Under the pieces are notes generated by a model. That model made no database searches. It had not been told where the DNA came from and worked only from the letters and a program-made list of their open reading frames with translations. This document shows, piece by piece, positions 47,249 through 58,662 of a DNA stretch of 64,000 bases (within the stretch, counting starts at the first letter, position 1; the number at the start of each line of letters is the position of its first letter). The DNA is from Candidatus Latescibacterota bacterium (GTDB taxonomy: Bacteria; Latescibacterota; UBA2968), in the NCBI GenBank assembly GCA_965208125.1, contig OZ242320.1, positions 704,001 to 768,000 of the forward strand, given 5' to 3'. A program made the position numbers and the translations under genes.

Positions 47249-47809
47249 TCAAAAATCAATCCCGGGTTGAGCAACAATACCCTGATCGCTAAACGGATGC
47301 TTAATTTCGCGCATCTCGGTCACCATATCGGCAAAATTTATCAACGCGTCTGGCGCATCGCGTCCCGTAATAATCACATGCAACATCTCCGGCTTATGCT
47401 CTCGCAACCAACCCACCACCTCTGTTGCATCCAACCAGCCAAAAGCCATCAAATACGTAAACTCATCCAGAATAAACAGATCGTAATCGCCACTTGTAAT
47501 CCGCTCCTGCGCCACTTCCCAACCGCGCAATGCCCGAGCCTGTGTCTCATCGATATCCTTGCTCGTCCAAGTCCACCCATCGCCCGTACCGATCCAATCG
47601 ATCTCCATGCGCCTGGCCGCACGAATCTCGCCAAAATTGGCATTCTCGTGCTTCAAAAACTGAATCACGCCCACGCGCATCTTGCGCCCCCATGCGCGGG
47701 TCATCACCCCAAGGGCAGCCGTAGTCTTACCCTTGCCATCTCCGGTATTAACCATCACCAGACCCTTTTTTACATGCCGCTTGCGTTCTGTCTCTTTTCT
47801 CGCACTCAT
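47249..47809 (-). CDS. cobO: Cob(I)yrinic acid a,c-diamide adenosyltransferase
   Basis: [24 protein letters not shown] and EM...KHPF. Confidence 0.94.
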   Translation of the reverse strand: MSARKETERKRHVKKGLVMVNTGDGKGKTTAALGVMTRAWGRKMRVGVIQFLKHENANFGEIRAARRMEIDWIGTGDGWTWTSKDIDETQARALRGWEVAQERITSGDYDLFILDEFTYLMAFGWLDATEVVGWLREHKPEMLHVIITGRDAPDALINFADMVTEMREIKHPFSDQGIVAQPGIDF

Positions 47810-47841
47810 AGAAACCTCTCTAACGCAAATGAAGACTTTAT

Positions 47842-49074
47842 TCATTCCCCTTCAAATTCCAAAACAAAAATTAGAAAATCGGGAAAATCAACCGAACCAT
47901 TGCCATTCAAATCGAACATAGCATCACTCGCTGATTTCCCAAACGCGGAAGCAAAAGCTAAAAAATCGCTAAAATCAACCACACAATCGCCATTAAAATC
48001 AGCCACACTGCCCACAAACGCAATAGTCGAAGGTGGCAATCCCGTATTGATCGGACCAGCCACAAGCTGATCCGTCTTCACATCATAGACCTTCACACCA
48101 GCAGATGTCGGATCGACAAAACTCCCTCGATCCAAAACATACAACCGTCCCCCAAATACCCCCAGACCTGGGACAAATCCGCCTGAAAGACCACTCAAAC
48201 CCGACGATACAGACTGCATCCCCAAACCGAACCGTTTGACCACATTGACAAAACTCGCATCTAACACAACGACATACCCCTCGTCATCCGAAATCATCGC
48301 CAGAGAACTCAGATTGCCCCCAAAAGCCATCTCACCAAGCACAACACCTTCACTCCTCAAATTTGCCAGATCAATCACCTCAATCCCGCCATCCGTTAAA
48401 TCATCAAACGTATTGACCGCACTCAAAAACCACTTATCCCCTCGCTGCACCGCACCCGCGGGATTCTTACTCGCCATCACAATCCCCTGCACACCCGCTG
48501 TATTTGCATCCACATCCACCACCTGATCTGTCATCACATCGACAACCGCAATCACTGAAAAATCCGTTGGCACAAACCCATTATCTCGATCCAGCCGTTG
48601 ACACGCGGCAAACAAATAATTGTCGTACAACGCGAGCTGAGATACTTCGGGCAAACCATCTGTATCTGCAAAACCCGATAAATCCACTGCGCCTAATGAA
48701 TCCCCCGTAACCGGATTTACAATCAGCAAATGCGTGCGCTCATACCGAGAAATATACGCTTTCTCCGTACTGACAAAAGCCATATCGTGTGGATTTGAAC
48801 CATTGCCCGTCGAATACTGCGTCAAAGGCATCTTTAGATCACCGCGATTCAAAACAATCACATTATCCTGTCCCAGGCGATTGATAACATACACCTTATC
48901 CCGATACGTCCGCACCACTGCATCCGAGTGAATAGTCAGATGATCGTTTGTTGCCGTATTTGTGCTGAGATCCAGACTCGTAAAACTACCACTGCTATAA
49001 TCCGTCGTCGTAATAACCGCTTGATTTGCCAGTGCATCTGTTGCAAAAAACAGAACGACTAAAAACCATCTCAT
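47842..49074 (-). CDS. Secreted YncE/BtuG-like beta-propeller with EF-hand/dockerin tail
   Basis: Signal peptide, SNPHD..FVS..KAYI blades, DFNGD..VDFSDFL and [14 protein letters not shown]; lies next to btuB. Confidence 0.72.
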   Translation of the reverse strand: MRWFLVVLFFATDALANQAVITTTDYSSGSFTSLDLSTNTATNDHLTIHSDAVVRTYRDKVYVINRLGQDNVIVLNRGDLKMPLTQYSTGNGSNPHDMAFVSTEKAYISRYERTHLLIVNPVTGDSLGAVDLSGFADTDGLPEVSQLALYDNYLFAACQRLDRDNGFVPTDFSVIAVVDVMTDQVVDVDANTAGVQGIVMASKNPAGAVQRGDKWFLSAVNTFDDLTDGGIEVIDLANLRSEGVVLGEMAFGGNLSSLAMISDDEGYVVVLDASFVNVVKRFGLGMQSVSSGLSGLSGGFVPGLGVFGGRLYVLDRGSFVDPTSAGVKVYDVKTDQLVAGPINTGLPPSTIAFVGSVADFNGDCVVDFSDFLAFASAFGKSASDAMFDLNGNGSVDFPDFLIFVLEFEGE

Positions 49075-49113
49075 TACATCCTCCTCCAGTGTTAAAAAGA
49101 ACCTCTCATTTCC

Positions 49114-51309
49114 TTAATCCGCATTCACACTCACAAAAACCGCGCGTCCCGGCAGCGGATAACCCCAGATATCGGCGATTTGTGCTCCGGTTAAATTCTT
49201 CACCTCCAATCCAATGTGAAATCGCAGCCCCGTATCCACCTTCACACCTGCATTGTGAACATGCCGTGATAATAGCGGACGTCGATTCGCCTGATCGAGA
49301 AAATTGCCATCTTCAAACGCATAATCGTAAAACGCAGTACAGCGTCCCAGACGCATTGTCGCGCGAACAAACAGCGCGTGTGGCGAGCGATTGGGCAAAA
49401 TATTGCCCGTCAAATGGGGGATATTGGACTTATCAGTAGCCTTTTGATACGTGTAATTACCCGACAAATCGACCCGAGAACCAAAGCGTCTCTGCGCGGT
49501 CATTTCGAACCCATACACGCGCGCTTTGCCAATATTAACCGGACGCGACGTAGCCTGTGACGTGTGAACAAACTGGATCAAATCCTCATAGCGATGGTCA
49601 AAAAACGCGCCTTCCAAAGTGGTCGTCCCATCTGCATAACGCAGACCCGCATCCCAGGTCAAACCATATTCTGGCCTGAGATTGACATTGCCGACCACAC
49701 CGCCGCGATCGCCAAAAAGCTCGTAAAAAGAAGGCACGCGAAACACACGCCCCGCATTGGCCTTAAACATCAGATGGGATGCCAGATCAAAACGCACCCC
49801 CGAACGCAGACTGGTAAGACTGCGCGTATTGGCCGAATCGGGCGCGAGCGGCGAAAAATTAAAAGGACTCGCACCGGTAAACGAACTGTATATCCGCCGT
49901 TGCTCCGCGCCAAAAGACCAGATACCGATCTCACCCGGCAGTGAAATATCCACACCCATGCGTGCGGAAAAAACCCACCGCTGACTATCAAACAAATTGG
50001 CAACAGACCGAATGCGCGTCGTGGGGAAATAAGTCTCCTTGTGCAACCCAATCGCAGCGGCGATATCACAGCGCGAAAACAAAACCGTTTGCAAACGACC
50101 CAACCACCCATAAGTGCGCGTGAGATAATCATTATCCTGGCGGCCAATCCCGATTTCGCCATCCAGATCGCGGAACCGCTCTTTGACATGCGTGACATAA
50201 AGCGATTGGCGCATATTTATACCCCGCAAAAGAACGCGATCTTCATAAGCGACTTCCGTCATCGTCTGAAAAGCATCCAAATGTGCATTTTGCGACTGAT
50301 TATTGCCAATACCGGGCATACCCTGATATTTCCAGTACACAGTCTCGTGGACGGATAAAATTCTATCCTCTCCAAAAGCGCGACGCCATTTGCCCAGCAG
50401 ATTAAAAGAGCGATGATCGTTATTCTGACGCCTGCTCCAAACATCGTCACTGTCATTGTATTCAGTCCCATTATCATCGAGAAATCCAAAATCGTTATCG
50501 CTATGTGCATAATCAGCCACAATGAGAAACTCCGACTGTCCAAACCCACCCGCGAACACACCACTCAGCAGCCGCGTATCAAAAGCACCCCACGATCCTC
50601 GAATCCCATGAAACCATCGTCTCTGCGTCCGTCGCGTACGCACATGCACCGTACCACCCAGACCATTGCCGCCAGCACCTGCACCGCGATACACCTCAAT
50701 CTGCCCGACGTGAGCCAAAGGCAAATTGCTGAGATCTACCCCACCACCAAAAGCGGTATTGAGCAAAACGCCATCGAGATAGACCTCAACCTGATCGGCT
50801 GATGAACCGCGCAACGAAAGCGTGCTAAAAGCACCCAACCCACCGAGACGTTTGACGTGTACACCCGTGGCCTCAGCCAATACATCGGGCAACGTCGTCT
50901 CCCTACCCTCAAAACTTTCGCGCGTAATAACCGTCGCATACGCCGGATTCCTGTGAATATCACTCGCCCCTATTGGATCGGCAATCACCGAGAACTCATC
51001 GAGCGGAAGCGTCCTCGGCGACAGCGCAATAAAAACCTCCGTCGTCTCTATCACGCGAACCGTGCGTCGCACCTCATTGTAAGCCACATGTGTCAGGGCA
51101 ATCGTATAAGAACCGGGCATCAAATCGGCAAAAGCAAAGCGTCCATCCCCATCCGTTTGCGTCACAAAATCCGTATTGAGAATGCGAACACGCACACTCG
51201 CGATGGGCGTTCGGGTCTCCGCATCGGTAACGCGACCAACAATCTCCGCTCCCCAAAGCGGCGCATTCGCGTAGAGAATTAAAAAAATTAAAAAACGCAT
51301 CGTTTTCAT
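49114..51309 (-). CDS. btuB: TonB-dependent receptor (BtuB-like by context)
   Basis: Plug LRGS...V.V.LDG and IEVYRG, N.NLRPE, YPLPGR; under the B12 riboswitch. Confidence 0.85.
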   Translation of the reverse strand: MKTMRFLIFLILYANAPLWGAEIVGRVTDAETRTPIASVRVRILNTDFVTQTDGDGRFAFADLMPGSYTIALTHVAYNEVRRTVRVIETTEVFIALSPRTLPLDEFSVIADPIGASDIHRNPAYATVITRESFEGRETTLPDVLAEATGVHVKRLGGLGAFSTLSLRGSSADQVEVYLDGVLLNTAFGGGVDLSNLPLAHVGQIEVYRGAGAGGNGLGGTVHVRTRRTQRRWFHGIRGSWGAFDTRLLSGVFAGGFGQSEFLIVADYAHSDNDFGFLDDNGTEYNDSDDVWSRRQNNDHRSFNLLGKWRRAFGEDRILSVHETVYWKYQGMPGIGNNQSQNAHLDAFQTMTEVAYEDRVLLRGINMRQSLYVTHVKERFRDLDGEIGIGRQDNDYLTRTYGWLGRLQTVLFSRCDIAAAIGLHKETYFPTTRIRSVANLFDSQRWVFSARMGVDISLPGEIGIWSFGAEQRRIYSSFTGASPFNFSPLAPDSANTRSLTSLRSGVRFDLASHLMFKANAGRVFRVPSFYELFGDRGGVVGNVNLRPEYGLTWDAGLRYADGTTTLEGAFFDHRYEDLIQFVHTSQATSRPVNIGKARVYGFEMTAQRRFGSRVDLSGNYTYQKATDKSNIPHLTGNILPNRSPHALFVRATMRLGRCTAFYDYAFEDGNFLDQANRRPLLSRHVHNAGVKVDTGLRFHIGLEVKNLTGAQIADIWGYPLPGRAVFVSVNAD

Positions 51310-51312
51310 AAG

Positions 51313-52419
51313 CTATGGATCGAGCTTTCTATAATACTTGAGTTGATGATCCAACAACAAATCGGGATATAGAATTTTAATAATATCAGCCAACACAACA
51401 TCTGGCTCAATAAGCCCCGTCTCCCAATAATCATTGCCCCCATGCGCGTTGAGCCTTGCATTGGCATTGAAAACATTCCCGGTCTCAAACGCCGTGAATT
51501 TTTTGTACCGCTCGTCCTCGGCGACAACATCGTCTCGAGAGTACCACTCATTTCTCATCGTAATCCAGCAATCCGCATCGTGTGCCTTTTCGTAAACCGT
51601 TTCAAAATCGAGCGCCAAACTCTGTTGTGAATCATCATCTGCCCACAGATAATTTGCACCCGCATCCCTCAGCAACTGTGCGGGATAGGTTTTGCCCCCA
51701 GACATAAACCAGGTCCCGCGCCAGAGAGACCCCACAAAAACAGTGGGACGCTTATCCACCGGCAAATTCTGCGTCAGTGCTCTGTGCGCCTCATACCTCG
51801 CAACAATGCTATCAAATTGAGCCGATGCCAGTTCTTCTTTTTTAAAAAAAGCACCCACAAACTTGATCCACTCCACGCGCCCCAGCAACGAAGGCTCCGC
51901 ATAAGCAGCATTCACCACAACGGGCACACCCGCTTCTTGAAGCGCGACAAGAGCATTATCCTGTGATTGCACGTCTGTCATAACGAGATCGGGTTGAAGC
52001 ACTAAAATTTTTTCCAAATCAATAGCTCTATCTCGCCCAACTTCTGTCAACTTACCCGCTGCAAAGCGCTGGTTGACAGCCTCTGAACTGACGTATTTGA
52101 TATTATCAATTCCAACCAGGCTATGCACCTCACCGAGTTTTTCGATATGTGGCAAATGCGTCGTAGATGTCGCAATCACAGTCCGCACGGGAATTTCTAT
52201 TCTCGGAACGCCTTCATAGCCCTCGGGCGACTCGTGTCCGCGCTGCACCAGGACATACTGAACCTTTTCCCGATCTCCACCCCCGGGCGCGAGCACTGTT
52301 ACAACCCTGTAATCATCGAAATAATCAACGCGAAAACCCTGTGCGTATTGCAAAGACAATTGTGCCTGAACAGGTATGGTCCAAACCCCGATACAACATA
52401 TCATCCATATTTTTAACAC
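51313..52419 (-). CDS. Cobalamin ABC substrate-binding protein (BtuF-like)
   Basis: Class III substrate-binding protein: E.I..LQPDLV, LGRVEWIKF, DAG.NY and DYWE.G..PD. Confidence 0.88.
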   Translation of the reverse strand: MLKIWMICCIGVWTIPVQAQLSLQYAQGFRVDYFDDYRVVTVLAPGGGDREKVQYVLVQRGHESPEGYEGVPRIEIPVRTVIATSTTHLPHIEKLGEVHSLVGIDNIKYVSSEAVNQRFAAGKLTEVGRDRAIDLEKILVLQPDLVMTDVQSQDNALVALQEAGVPVVVNAAYAEPSLLGRVEWIKFVGAFFKKEELASAQFDSIVARYEAHRALTQNLPVDKRPTVFVGSLWRGTWFMSGGKTYPAQLLRDAGANYLWADDDSQQSLALDFETVYEKAHDADCWITMRNEWYSRDDVVAEDERYKKFTAFETGNVFNANARLNAHGGNDYWETGLIEPDVVLADIIKILYPDLLLDHQLKYYRKLDP

Positions 52420-52445
52420 AACGCCTACACCTCCTGCTTTTAGCT

Positions 52446-52482
52446 AAAAAAAATCCCCGACTTCCTTGCGGAAATCAGGGAC
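52446..52482 (-). terminator. Intrinsic terminator, expression platform of the cobalamin riboswitch
   Basis: Minus strand: tccctgatttcc-gcaa-ggaagtcgggga followed by U8. Confidence 0.8.
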
Positions 52483-52567
52483 ATATCGATACGCGACAAA
52501 ACCACATACAAAGCGCACGCATTATCTCACCTCTTTCCCAATCCACGAGGAAATCAACAAGGTCTGA

Positions 52568-52714
52568 GATTCAGGCAGGTTTTCTGGCTTCTGGGTCTCG
52601 TGCCTCTTGCGCCTTCCCGGTTTTTACCAGTGGCATAATGCGAGAAACATCCCCAGTTACAGCGGCGGGACCGCAACGGAATTTCACCGTTTTCCCTATA
52701 CTGCAACCTGAATC
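52568..52714 (-). ncRNA. Cobalamin riboswitch
   Basis: Minus strand: AGGGAA.acGGTGaAAtTCCgt.gCgGtcCCGCcgCTGT...GCCACTG...GGGAAGgc...AAGCCAGaAaACCTGCC; P1 formed by gattcagg/cctgaatc. Confidence 0.95.
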
Positions 52715-52738
52715 CGAGAGTATAAATTTAATTTTTTA

Positions 52739-52981
52739 CTATAACGTAACTTCCTCCACTGAAAGACCGCGATCTTTGAGATACGGTAAAAGACCTTTTT
52801 TATTCACCGTTCGCAGTGCGCGGGCAGAAAGTTTGATACGCACAAAGCGCCCCAGTTCGGGAACGTAAATGCGCTTGCTCTTCAAATTGGGTTTCTGCAC
52901 CCGCTTGACTCTTCGTTTGGAGTGGGACACATGATTGCCACTCAGCGGTCCCCTACCCGTAATACTACAACGTCTGGCCAT
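52739..52981 (-). CDS. rpmB: 50S ribosomal protein L28
   Basis: MARRC.ITG..P..GN.VSHS....R...PNL. Confidence 0.95.
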   Translation of the reverse strand: MARRCSITGRGPLSGNHVSHSKRRVKRVQKPNLKSKRIYVPELGRFVRIKLSARALRTVNKKGLLPYLKDRGLSVEEVTL

Positions 52982-53005
52982 GGAAAAATCCTCTTATATT
53001 TATCG

Positions 53006-53170
53006 CTATCTATCTTCCCGATAAAGCACATGCTTCCGCAGTATGGGATCGAACTTCTTCAATTCGAGACGATCGGGATGATTCTGTCGATTTTTTTCCG
53101 TGTGATAATGGTGCGAACTCTCTGTACTTTTCATTTTAATGAGAATGCGGCTGCCCTGTCGCTTAGCCAT
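53006..53170 (-). CDS. rpmG: 50S ribosomal protein L33 (Cys-free form)
   Basis: [38 protein letters not shown]; GGAGG SD. Confidence 0.95.
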   Translation of the reverse strand: MAKRQGSRILIKMKSTESSHHYHTEKNRQNHPDRLELKKFDPILRKHVLYREDR

Positions 53171-53227
53171 AGCGTACCTCCAGTATCTTTGTATTATACC
53201 GCCAACACGCGGCAGGCAAGAAATTGG

Positions 53228-53256
53228 AATATACAGTGTTACCACTATAACATCAA
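53228..53256 (-). promoter_or_regulatory. Putative rpmG-rpmB promoter with Zur-like palindrome in the spacer
   Basis: TTGATG, 17 nt, TATATT; tgttacc-ac-tataaca at 53237-53252. Confidence 0.55.
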
Positions 53257-53354
53257 GAATTTTGTATTACACAGCCAAATTCCGATTGGCAAAAACAGGT
53301 CCTATTCGCTATCATAGAGTCTGTGTTCCCAAACCCCCACCAAAGGAGAGAACA

Positions 53355-53705
53355 ATGGCCGAAGAAACGATCTTTAGCAAAATTATTCGACGCGAAATCA
53401 ACGCAGACATCGTTTATCAAGACGACCTGGTAACCGCTTTTAGAGACATTAATCCCCAGGCACCCACCCACGTATTGATCGTGCCGAATAAATTGATCCC
53501 AACAATCAATGACATAACAAAAGAAGACGAACCCGCACTCGGACGCATGATAACCGTCGCGGCAAAAATCGCAGCAGAAGAGGGCATTTCAGAAAACGGG
53601 TATCGCCTCATCATCAACTGCAACCGCGACGGAGGCCAGGAAGTGTATCACATCCACCTGCATCTGATCGGCGGACGACCTCTGGGCAGGATGTTGGCGA
53701 GATAA
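53355..53705 (+). CDS. hinT: HIT-family purine nucleoside phosphoramidase
   Basis: [20 protein letters not shown] and [14 protein letters not shown]. Confidence 0.92.
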   Translation: MAEETIFSKIIRREINADIVYQDDLVTAFRDINPQAPTHVLIVPNKLIPTINDITKEDEPALGRMITVAAKIAAEEGISENGYRLIINCNRDGGQEVYHIHLHLIGGRPLGRMLAR

Positions 53706-53709
53706 ACGA

Positions 53710-53985
53710 TCATTGATCAGAGGGTGGGGGAACCGGATCGTACCCACCTTTGGCAAACGGACGACAGCGCAAAATACGTCGTATCACAAGAGAAAGAGCA
53801 TACGCGAAGGAATGCTGGCGAAAAGCCTCAAGCGCGTAATGCGAACATGTGGGATGATAGCGGCAAGGACTGGGCGCAATGGCAAAAAAGCGCATCAGAG
53901 GCGACAGCACATATTGATAACCCTTGATAAGCACACACGCGGTGGTGGAAAACATTCTATCGACAATTTTTATAGGATTGACCAT
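53710..53985 (-). CDS. yidD: Membrane protein insertion efficiency factor
   Basis: [15 protein letters not shown] and RILRC.PF..GGYDPVP. Confidence 0.9.
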   Translation of the reverse strand: MVNPIKIVDRMFSTTACVLIKGYQYVLSPLMRFFAIAPSPCRYHPTCSHYALEAFRQHSFAYALSLVIRRILRCRPFAKGGYDPVPPPSDQ

Positions 53986-54043
53986 TTTGCATTTTGAGGT
54001 ATATTAGGCCGAACTTTTTTAAATTTCCGCCACGGAGAACTGA

Positions 54044-54889
54044 ATGAACCTACCAGACATACAAAACTCACATGACAAACGCGGCATTGAAATCGACCAG
54101 GTCGGTGTTTCCAATGTGCGCTATCCATTGACCTTGCCGCTGCGCGATAACGGCGAATTTCACACAGTGGCCAATCTATCCATGACCGTGAGCTTGCCCC
54201 ACCATCAAAAAGGCACCCACATGTCGCGGTTTATGATTGCACTGAACGAGCAACACAAGCACTTTACACCTGATAGCGTACACATCGTACTTGAAGAAAT
54301 GCTCGAATTATTGGAAGCCGAAGAAGCGTTTCTCAGCATGGCATTTCCCATTTTTTTAACGCGCAAAGCACCTATCACGGGCATTGAAGGCATGCTGGAC
54401 TACAACTGTGAATTCAGAGCAATGTTGACAAATGAAGGCCTGCAAGACAAGCTAATCGGCGTGCGCGCCAACGTGGCAAGCCTCTGCCCGTGTAGCAAAG
54501 AAATCAGCGACTACGGCGCGCACAATCAACGTTCCGAAATCACAATGGATGTGCGGCCTTATGAGGATGAATTTATCTGGTTTGAAGATTTGATCGACAT
54601 TGGCGAATACCATGCGTCGTGTCAACTCTATCCCATTTTGAAAAGAACAGATGAAAAATACGTAACCGAGCGCGCATATAACAACCCCAAATTTGTCGAA
54701 GACATCGTACGCGATGTGGCGACAGACTTACTGGCAATGATGGACGAAGAGCGCATCGCGTGGTTTTACGTATCGAGCAACAATTACGAAAGCATCCACA
54801 ACCACGATGCTTATGCCAAAATTGAGCGCGGCGTGCGCGGTCCGTTATTGACGCACCGCAAAGAAGCGGAAAATGCGCTGATGGTCTAA
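54044..54889 (+). CDS. folE2: GTP cyclohydrolase IB
   Basis: LPDIQ, KGTHMSRF, LCPCSKEIS..GAHNQRS, NPKFVED..RD and ESIHNHDA. Confidence 0.95.
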   Translation: MNLPDIQNSHDKRGIEIDQVGVSNVRYPLTLPLRDNGEFHTVANLSMTVSLPHHQKGTHMSRFMIALNEQHKHFTPDSVHIVLEEMLELLEAEEAFLSMAFPIFLTRKAPITGIEGMLDYNCEFRAMLTNEGLQDKLIGVRANVASLCPCSKEISDYGAHNQRSEITMDVRPYEDEFIWFEDLIDIGEYHASCQLYPILKRTDEKYVTERAYNNPKFVEDIVRDVATDLLAMMDEERIAWFYVSSNNYESIHNHDAYAKIERGVRGPLLTHRKEAENALMV

Positions 54890-54909
54890 AAAATTATTAA
54901 ATTTTCAAC

Positions 54910-54948
54910 AAAAAAAGGGCCTGTGAGTTTTCCTCATAGGCCCTTTTT
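54910..54948. terminator. Bidirectional intrinsic terminator between convergent folE2 and sufE
   Basis: aaaaaaagggcctgtgag-tttt-c-ctcataggcccttttt. Confidence 0.85.
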
Positions 54949-54961
54949 ATTATTCATCACC

Positions 54962-55381
54962 CTATGCCGCTGTGGCAAGCGCGAGTTCGTGAATGCGCTT
55001 GACCATAGAAGCAAAGCCATTGGCGCGATTGATACTGAGGTGTTTGGCGAGATCGAGCTTTTGAAAAATGCTGCGAATATCAGCCGTGAGAATTTCCCGA
55101 GCGGTCTTGCCCGAATACAGCGACAACAAAATAGCGACCAACCCCTTGACGATCTGCGCATCGCTATCTGCGCGAAATTCGATCACAGGGGGATCGCCAT
55201 CTCGAACATCGGTCACGAGCCACACCTGGCTTACACATCCCCGCACCAGATTGTCATCAACCTTGTATTCCTCATCAAAAGGCGGCAACTTGCGACCGAG
55301 TTCAATAATATACCGGTAGCGATCTTCCCAATCCGTGAGGACATCAAAATTTTGCATAATGCGATCAATCGTAATATCCAT
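54962..55381 (-). CDS. sufE: SufE-family cysteine desulfuration protein
   Basis: WEDRYRYIIELG, V.GCVSQVW, DSDA.IVKGL and LS..R.NG. Confidence 0.92.
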   Translation of the reverse strand: MDITIDRIMQNFDVLTDWEDRYRYIIELGRKLPPFDEEYKVDDNLVRGCVSQVWLVTDVRDGDPPVIEFRADSDAQIVKGLVAILLSLYSGKTAREILTADIRSIFQKLDLAKHLSINRANGFASMVKRIHELALATAA

Positions 55382-55389
55382 AAAAAATC

Positions 55390-56361
55390 TCACCTTACCA
55401 CCCGCGCAATATCGCGCGCAAAATAGGTCAGAATAAGATCTGCACCCGCGCGTTTAATACTCACCAGAACCTCGTCTCGCACCCGGACTTCATCCAGCCA
55501 GCCATTTGCGAAAGCAGCTTTGAGCATCGCAAACTCGCCGCTGACATTGTACGCGGCAACCGGCACGCCAAACTCTGTTTTCACCCGGTAAATAATATCC
55601 AGATAGGGCAATGCGGGCTTGATCATAACGATATCTGCGCCCTCCTCAATATCCAGAGCCACCTCGCGCATGGCCTCATCGCCATTTGCCGGATCCATCT
55701 GATAGGATCGGCGATCGCCAAATTGCGGCGCAGACTCTGCCGCTTCTCGAAATGGACCGTAAAAACCCGAGCAGTATTTGGCCGAATATGCCATAATAGG
55801 TATATGGTCAAACCCCTGGGCATCCAGAGCAGAGCGAATAGCCCCAACGCGGCCATCCATCATATCCGAAGGCGCAACCATATCTGCGCCCGCGCGAACA
55901 TGGGAAAGGGATTCCTCGACGAGAAGATCAACCGTTTCATCATTATCCACATCGTTATCCACAATCACACCACAATGCCCGTGATCCGTATATTCGCACA
56001 AACACACATCCGTAATCACATAGAGATCCGGCGTATGTTCTTTAATCGCAGATATAGCACGCTGAATAATACCATCATCGCAATAAGCCCCACTGCCCCG
56101 CGCATCTTTGTGATCGGGAATCCCAAAAAGAATCACCGCAGGAATACCCAGATCGGCAATTTCTCTACACGCCTCAACCGCGATATCTATCGACATCTGA
56201 TGGTTGCCCGGCATAGACCCGATTTCTTTCTTCACACCTCTGCCCGGGCACACAAACAGGGGCATAATCAAATCGTCAACGCGCACGTGATTTTCGCGCA
56301 CCATTCGGCGCGTCGTCTCACTCTGGCGCAAACGGCGCATACGGGTAATCGGAAAAGTCAT
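55390..56361 (-). CDS. hemB: Porphobilinogen synthase (Zn-binding Cys type)
   Basis: [28 protein letters not shown] and GAD.VMIKP. Confidence 0.97.
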   Translation of the reverse strand: MTFPITRMRRLRQSETTRRMVRENHVRVDDLIMPLFVCPGRGVKKEIGSMPGNHQMSIDIAVEACREIADLGIPAVILFGIPDHKDARGSGAYCDDGIIQRAISAIKEHTPDLYVITDVCLCEYTDHGHCGVIVDNDVDNDETVDLLVEESLSHVRAGADMVAPSDMMDGRVGAIRSALDAQGFDHIPIMAYSAKYCSGFYGPFREAAESAPQFGDRRSYQMDPANGDEAMREVALDIEEGADIVMIKPALPYLDIIYRVKTEFGVPVAAYNVSGEFAMLKAAFANGWLDEVRVRDEVLVSIKRAGADLILTYFARDIARVVR

Positions 56362-56374
56362 AAAAGTCTTTCTC

Positions 56375-57871
56375 TCACGCCAACTGCTTTATAGCAACCG
56401 TACCTTCCGGCGCAGTGCGAACCTCATAGCCCGCATCAATGAGCTCTTGTCGCAGACGATCGGCAGTATCGTAATCTCTGGACGCGCGAGCCTCATCAAT
56501 CTGTTTGCAAATCGCCTCGCCGGTATCTGTCTCATCCGATGACTCAGTCTCGACATCGGCAATCCCCAGCACACTATTGATCTTGTCAAACACATCCAGC
56601 GCTTCGGACGGGTCATCTACCTCTTGCCCCATCCAGTTATGCACCACAGCAAGCGCTGCACTGATATTGAGATCACTGGACAGAGCACTGAGAAAATCGG
56701 CAACAACGGGATGATCATTGCCGACCTCCGTCGCACTGCCATTCGCCGCCTGAGCAAGTCCCTGTCCAAACTCTTGAAATCTTCGCACGGCATTGGCCGA
56801 ATCACGAACGCCCTTTTGCGTAAAATTCGTCTGCGTGCGATAATGCGTCTTGATGAGTTCGTAACGCAAAACTGAAGGATGAACGGGACGCCCGGTCACC
56901 TCGCCTTCCAGCACATCGCGCACCGTAAAAAAATTGCCCTTACTCTTGGACATCTTCTCGCCTTCAACCATTAAATAGCGCGGGTGAATCCAGTATCTGG
57001 CAAAATGCGAATGCCCCGTCGCACAACACGACTGGGCAATCTCGCATTCGTGGTGCGGAAAAATATTATCCTCGCCCCCCGTGTGAATATCGATAACCTC
57101 GCGCCGCAGCATCTTCATCGCCATAGCCGAACACTCGATATGCCAACCCGGATACCCTTCACCCCACGGAGAGGGCCATTTCATGATGTGAGACGGATCG
57201 GGTTTCCACAAAAAGAAATCAGCGGGATTGCGCTTAATCGCCTGGTGTTCCTCAAGCACGCGCCCACCCGAACCCGCGACAAGTTGATCGAGATCATTGC
57301 CCGACAAACGACCGTACTCGGGAAAAGATTCAACACTAAAATAAACCACACCATCATCGGCAACATAAGCGTGACCCTTATCCAACAGCTTCTGGATCAT
57401 CACCTGTATGGCATCGATATGTTCCGTGGGACGCGGCATATTGCGCGGATAGTCGTGCGCCACTTTAATCCCCAGCAAACGCGCATCTTCGACAAATGCA
57501 TCCGTGAAATATTGCGCCACTTCAAACGGATCATCGGGATTGGAAACCGCATCATCGGGCAACATGCCCAACTTCTTTTCCTCCTTGAGCTTGCGCGCAG
57601 CGACCGCGATTTTGTCCTCGCCAGTCGCATCGGCCACATCGTCGTCCGTCATATGCCCCACATCGGTAATATTCATCACATGGGTAACATTATAACCGGC
57701 CAAATCGAGAAAGCGACGGAGCATATCGGAAAACAAAAAAGACTTAAAATTGCCGATATGGGCAAAATCGTACACCGTTGGACCACAGGAATACATCGCC
57801 ACATTCGGAGGATCGAGCGGCTCAAAAATTTCTTCGCGATTCGTCAGCGTATTGTAAAATCGAATATCCAT
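56375..57871 (-). CDS. cysS: Cysteine-tRNA ligase
   Basis: CGPTVYD..HIGN, GWHIECS, DIH.GG.D..FPHHE and KMSKS. Confidence 0.96.
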   Translation of the reverse strand: MDIRFYNTLTNREEIFEPLDPPNVAMYSCGPTVYDFAHIGNFKSFLFSDMLRRFLDLAGYNVTHVMNITDVGHMTDDDVADATGEDKIAVAARKLKEEKKLGMLPDDAVSNPDDPFEVAQYFTDAFVEDARLLGIKVAHDYPRNMPRPTEHIDAIQVMIQKLLDKGHAYVADDGVVYFSVESFPEYGRLSGNDLDQLVAGSGGRVLEEHQAIKRNPADFFLWKPDPSHIMKWPSPWGEGYPGWHIECSAMAMKMLRREVIDIHTGGEDNIFPHHECEIAQSCCATGHSHFARYWIHPRYLMVEGEKMSKSKGNFFTVRDVLEGEVTGRPVHPSVLRYELIKTHYRTQTNFTQKGVRDSANAVRRFQEFGQGLAQAANGSATEVGNDHPVVADFLSALSSDLNISAALAVVHNWMGQEVDDPSEALDVFDKINSVLGIADVETESSDETDTGEAICKQIDEARASRDYDTADRLRQELIDAGYEVRTAPEGTVAIKQLA

Positions 57872-57907
57872 AATCGAGTTTAAAAATAAACCGAGGTCAT
57901 AATTTTG

Positions 57908-58654
57908 TCAATGCTGAGGCCTTTTTCGGCGCAGATGGATGAGATAAATCCCTGTAACCGCGAGACCAATACTAACCCATTGATGTACCGTAAGCCCCAT
58001 AAAAACTTCGGGCGTGAGACGCACAAACTCGACAAAAAAGCGGGCAACAGCCATCAAAACGAGATAAAGGCCAAAAATCCTACCGGGTCTGAGACGATCG
58101 CGCAGAGCCAACAGAATCCCGAAAATACAAACCATCTGAATCATCTCGTAAATCGGCGTCGGATGCACAAAATCAAGCGTGGGCACAAGACCATTGGGAT
58201 AAGCCATGCCCCAGGGCAAATCCGTGGGAATCCCATAGCATCCATCGCCCGAAAGCTCACATCCCCCCCGCCCAAAAAAGTACCCCACTACAAGAGCCGG
58301 TGCAATCGCATCCACAGCGGGCCAATCGAGCGCATTATAGCGGCGAAGCCAAAGGAGCACAGTCGCAGCCCCACCCAAAAGTCCGCCATACCAGGCCCAA
58401 CCCACAGAAGAAAAAATCGTACCAAAAGGATCGGCCACAAAAGCGTGGGGATACTCAAAAACGTGAAAAATTTTACTCCCCACAATACCGCCAATCACAG
58501 CGACAAATGCAATGCGATCTGACAGCGAAGGGTCAAGACCCCGACGCCGAAACTCGCGTTTGAGCACCCACGACGCACAAATCAAACCAACCGCGAGCAT
58601 CACGCCATAAACGCCGATGCGAATCGGCCCGTATTCAAAGAGAATTGGAGACAT
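57908..58654 (-). CDS. lgt: Prolipoprotein diacylglyceryl transferase
   Basis: YG.M, WYGG..GG, GR.GC..GD..YG.PT.LPW, HPT..YE and RFFVEF.R. Confidence 0.9.
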   Translation of the reverse strand: MSPILFEYGPIRIGVYGVMLAVGLICASWVLKREFRRRGLDPSLSDRIAFVAVIGGIVGSKIFHVFEYPHAFVADPFGTIFSSVGWAWYGGLLGGAATVLLWLRRYNALDWPAVDAIAPALVVGYFFGRGGCELSGDGCYGIPTDLPWGMAYPNGLVPTLDFVHPTPIYEMIQMVCIFGILLALRDRLRPGRIFGLYLVLMAVARFFVEFVRLTPEVFMGLTVHQWVSIGLAVTGIYLIHLRRKRPQH

Positions 58655-58662
58655 AGTATTTG

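Noticed and set aside
53710-53985. yidD separated from rpmH-rnpA-yidC
   Set aside because: Solitary yidD genes are not rare, and nothing else here is unusual.
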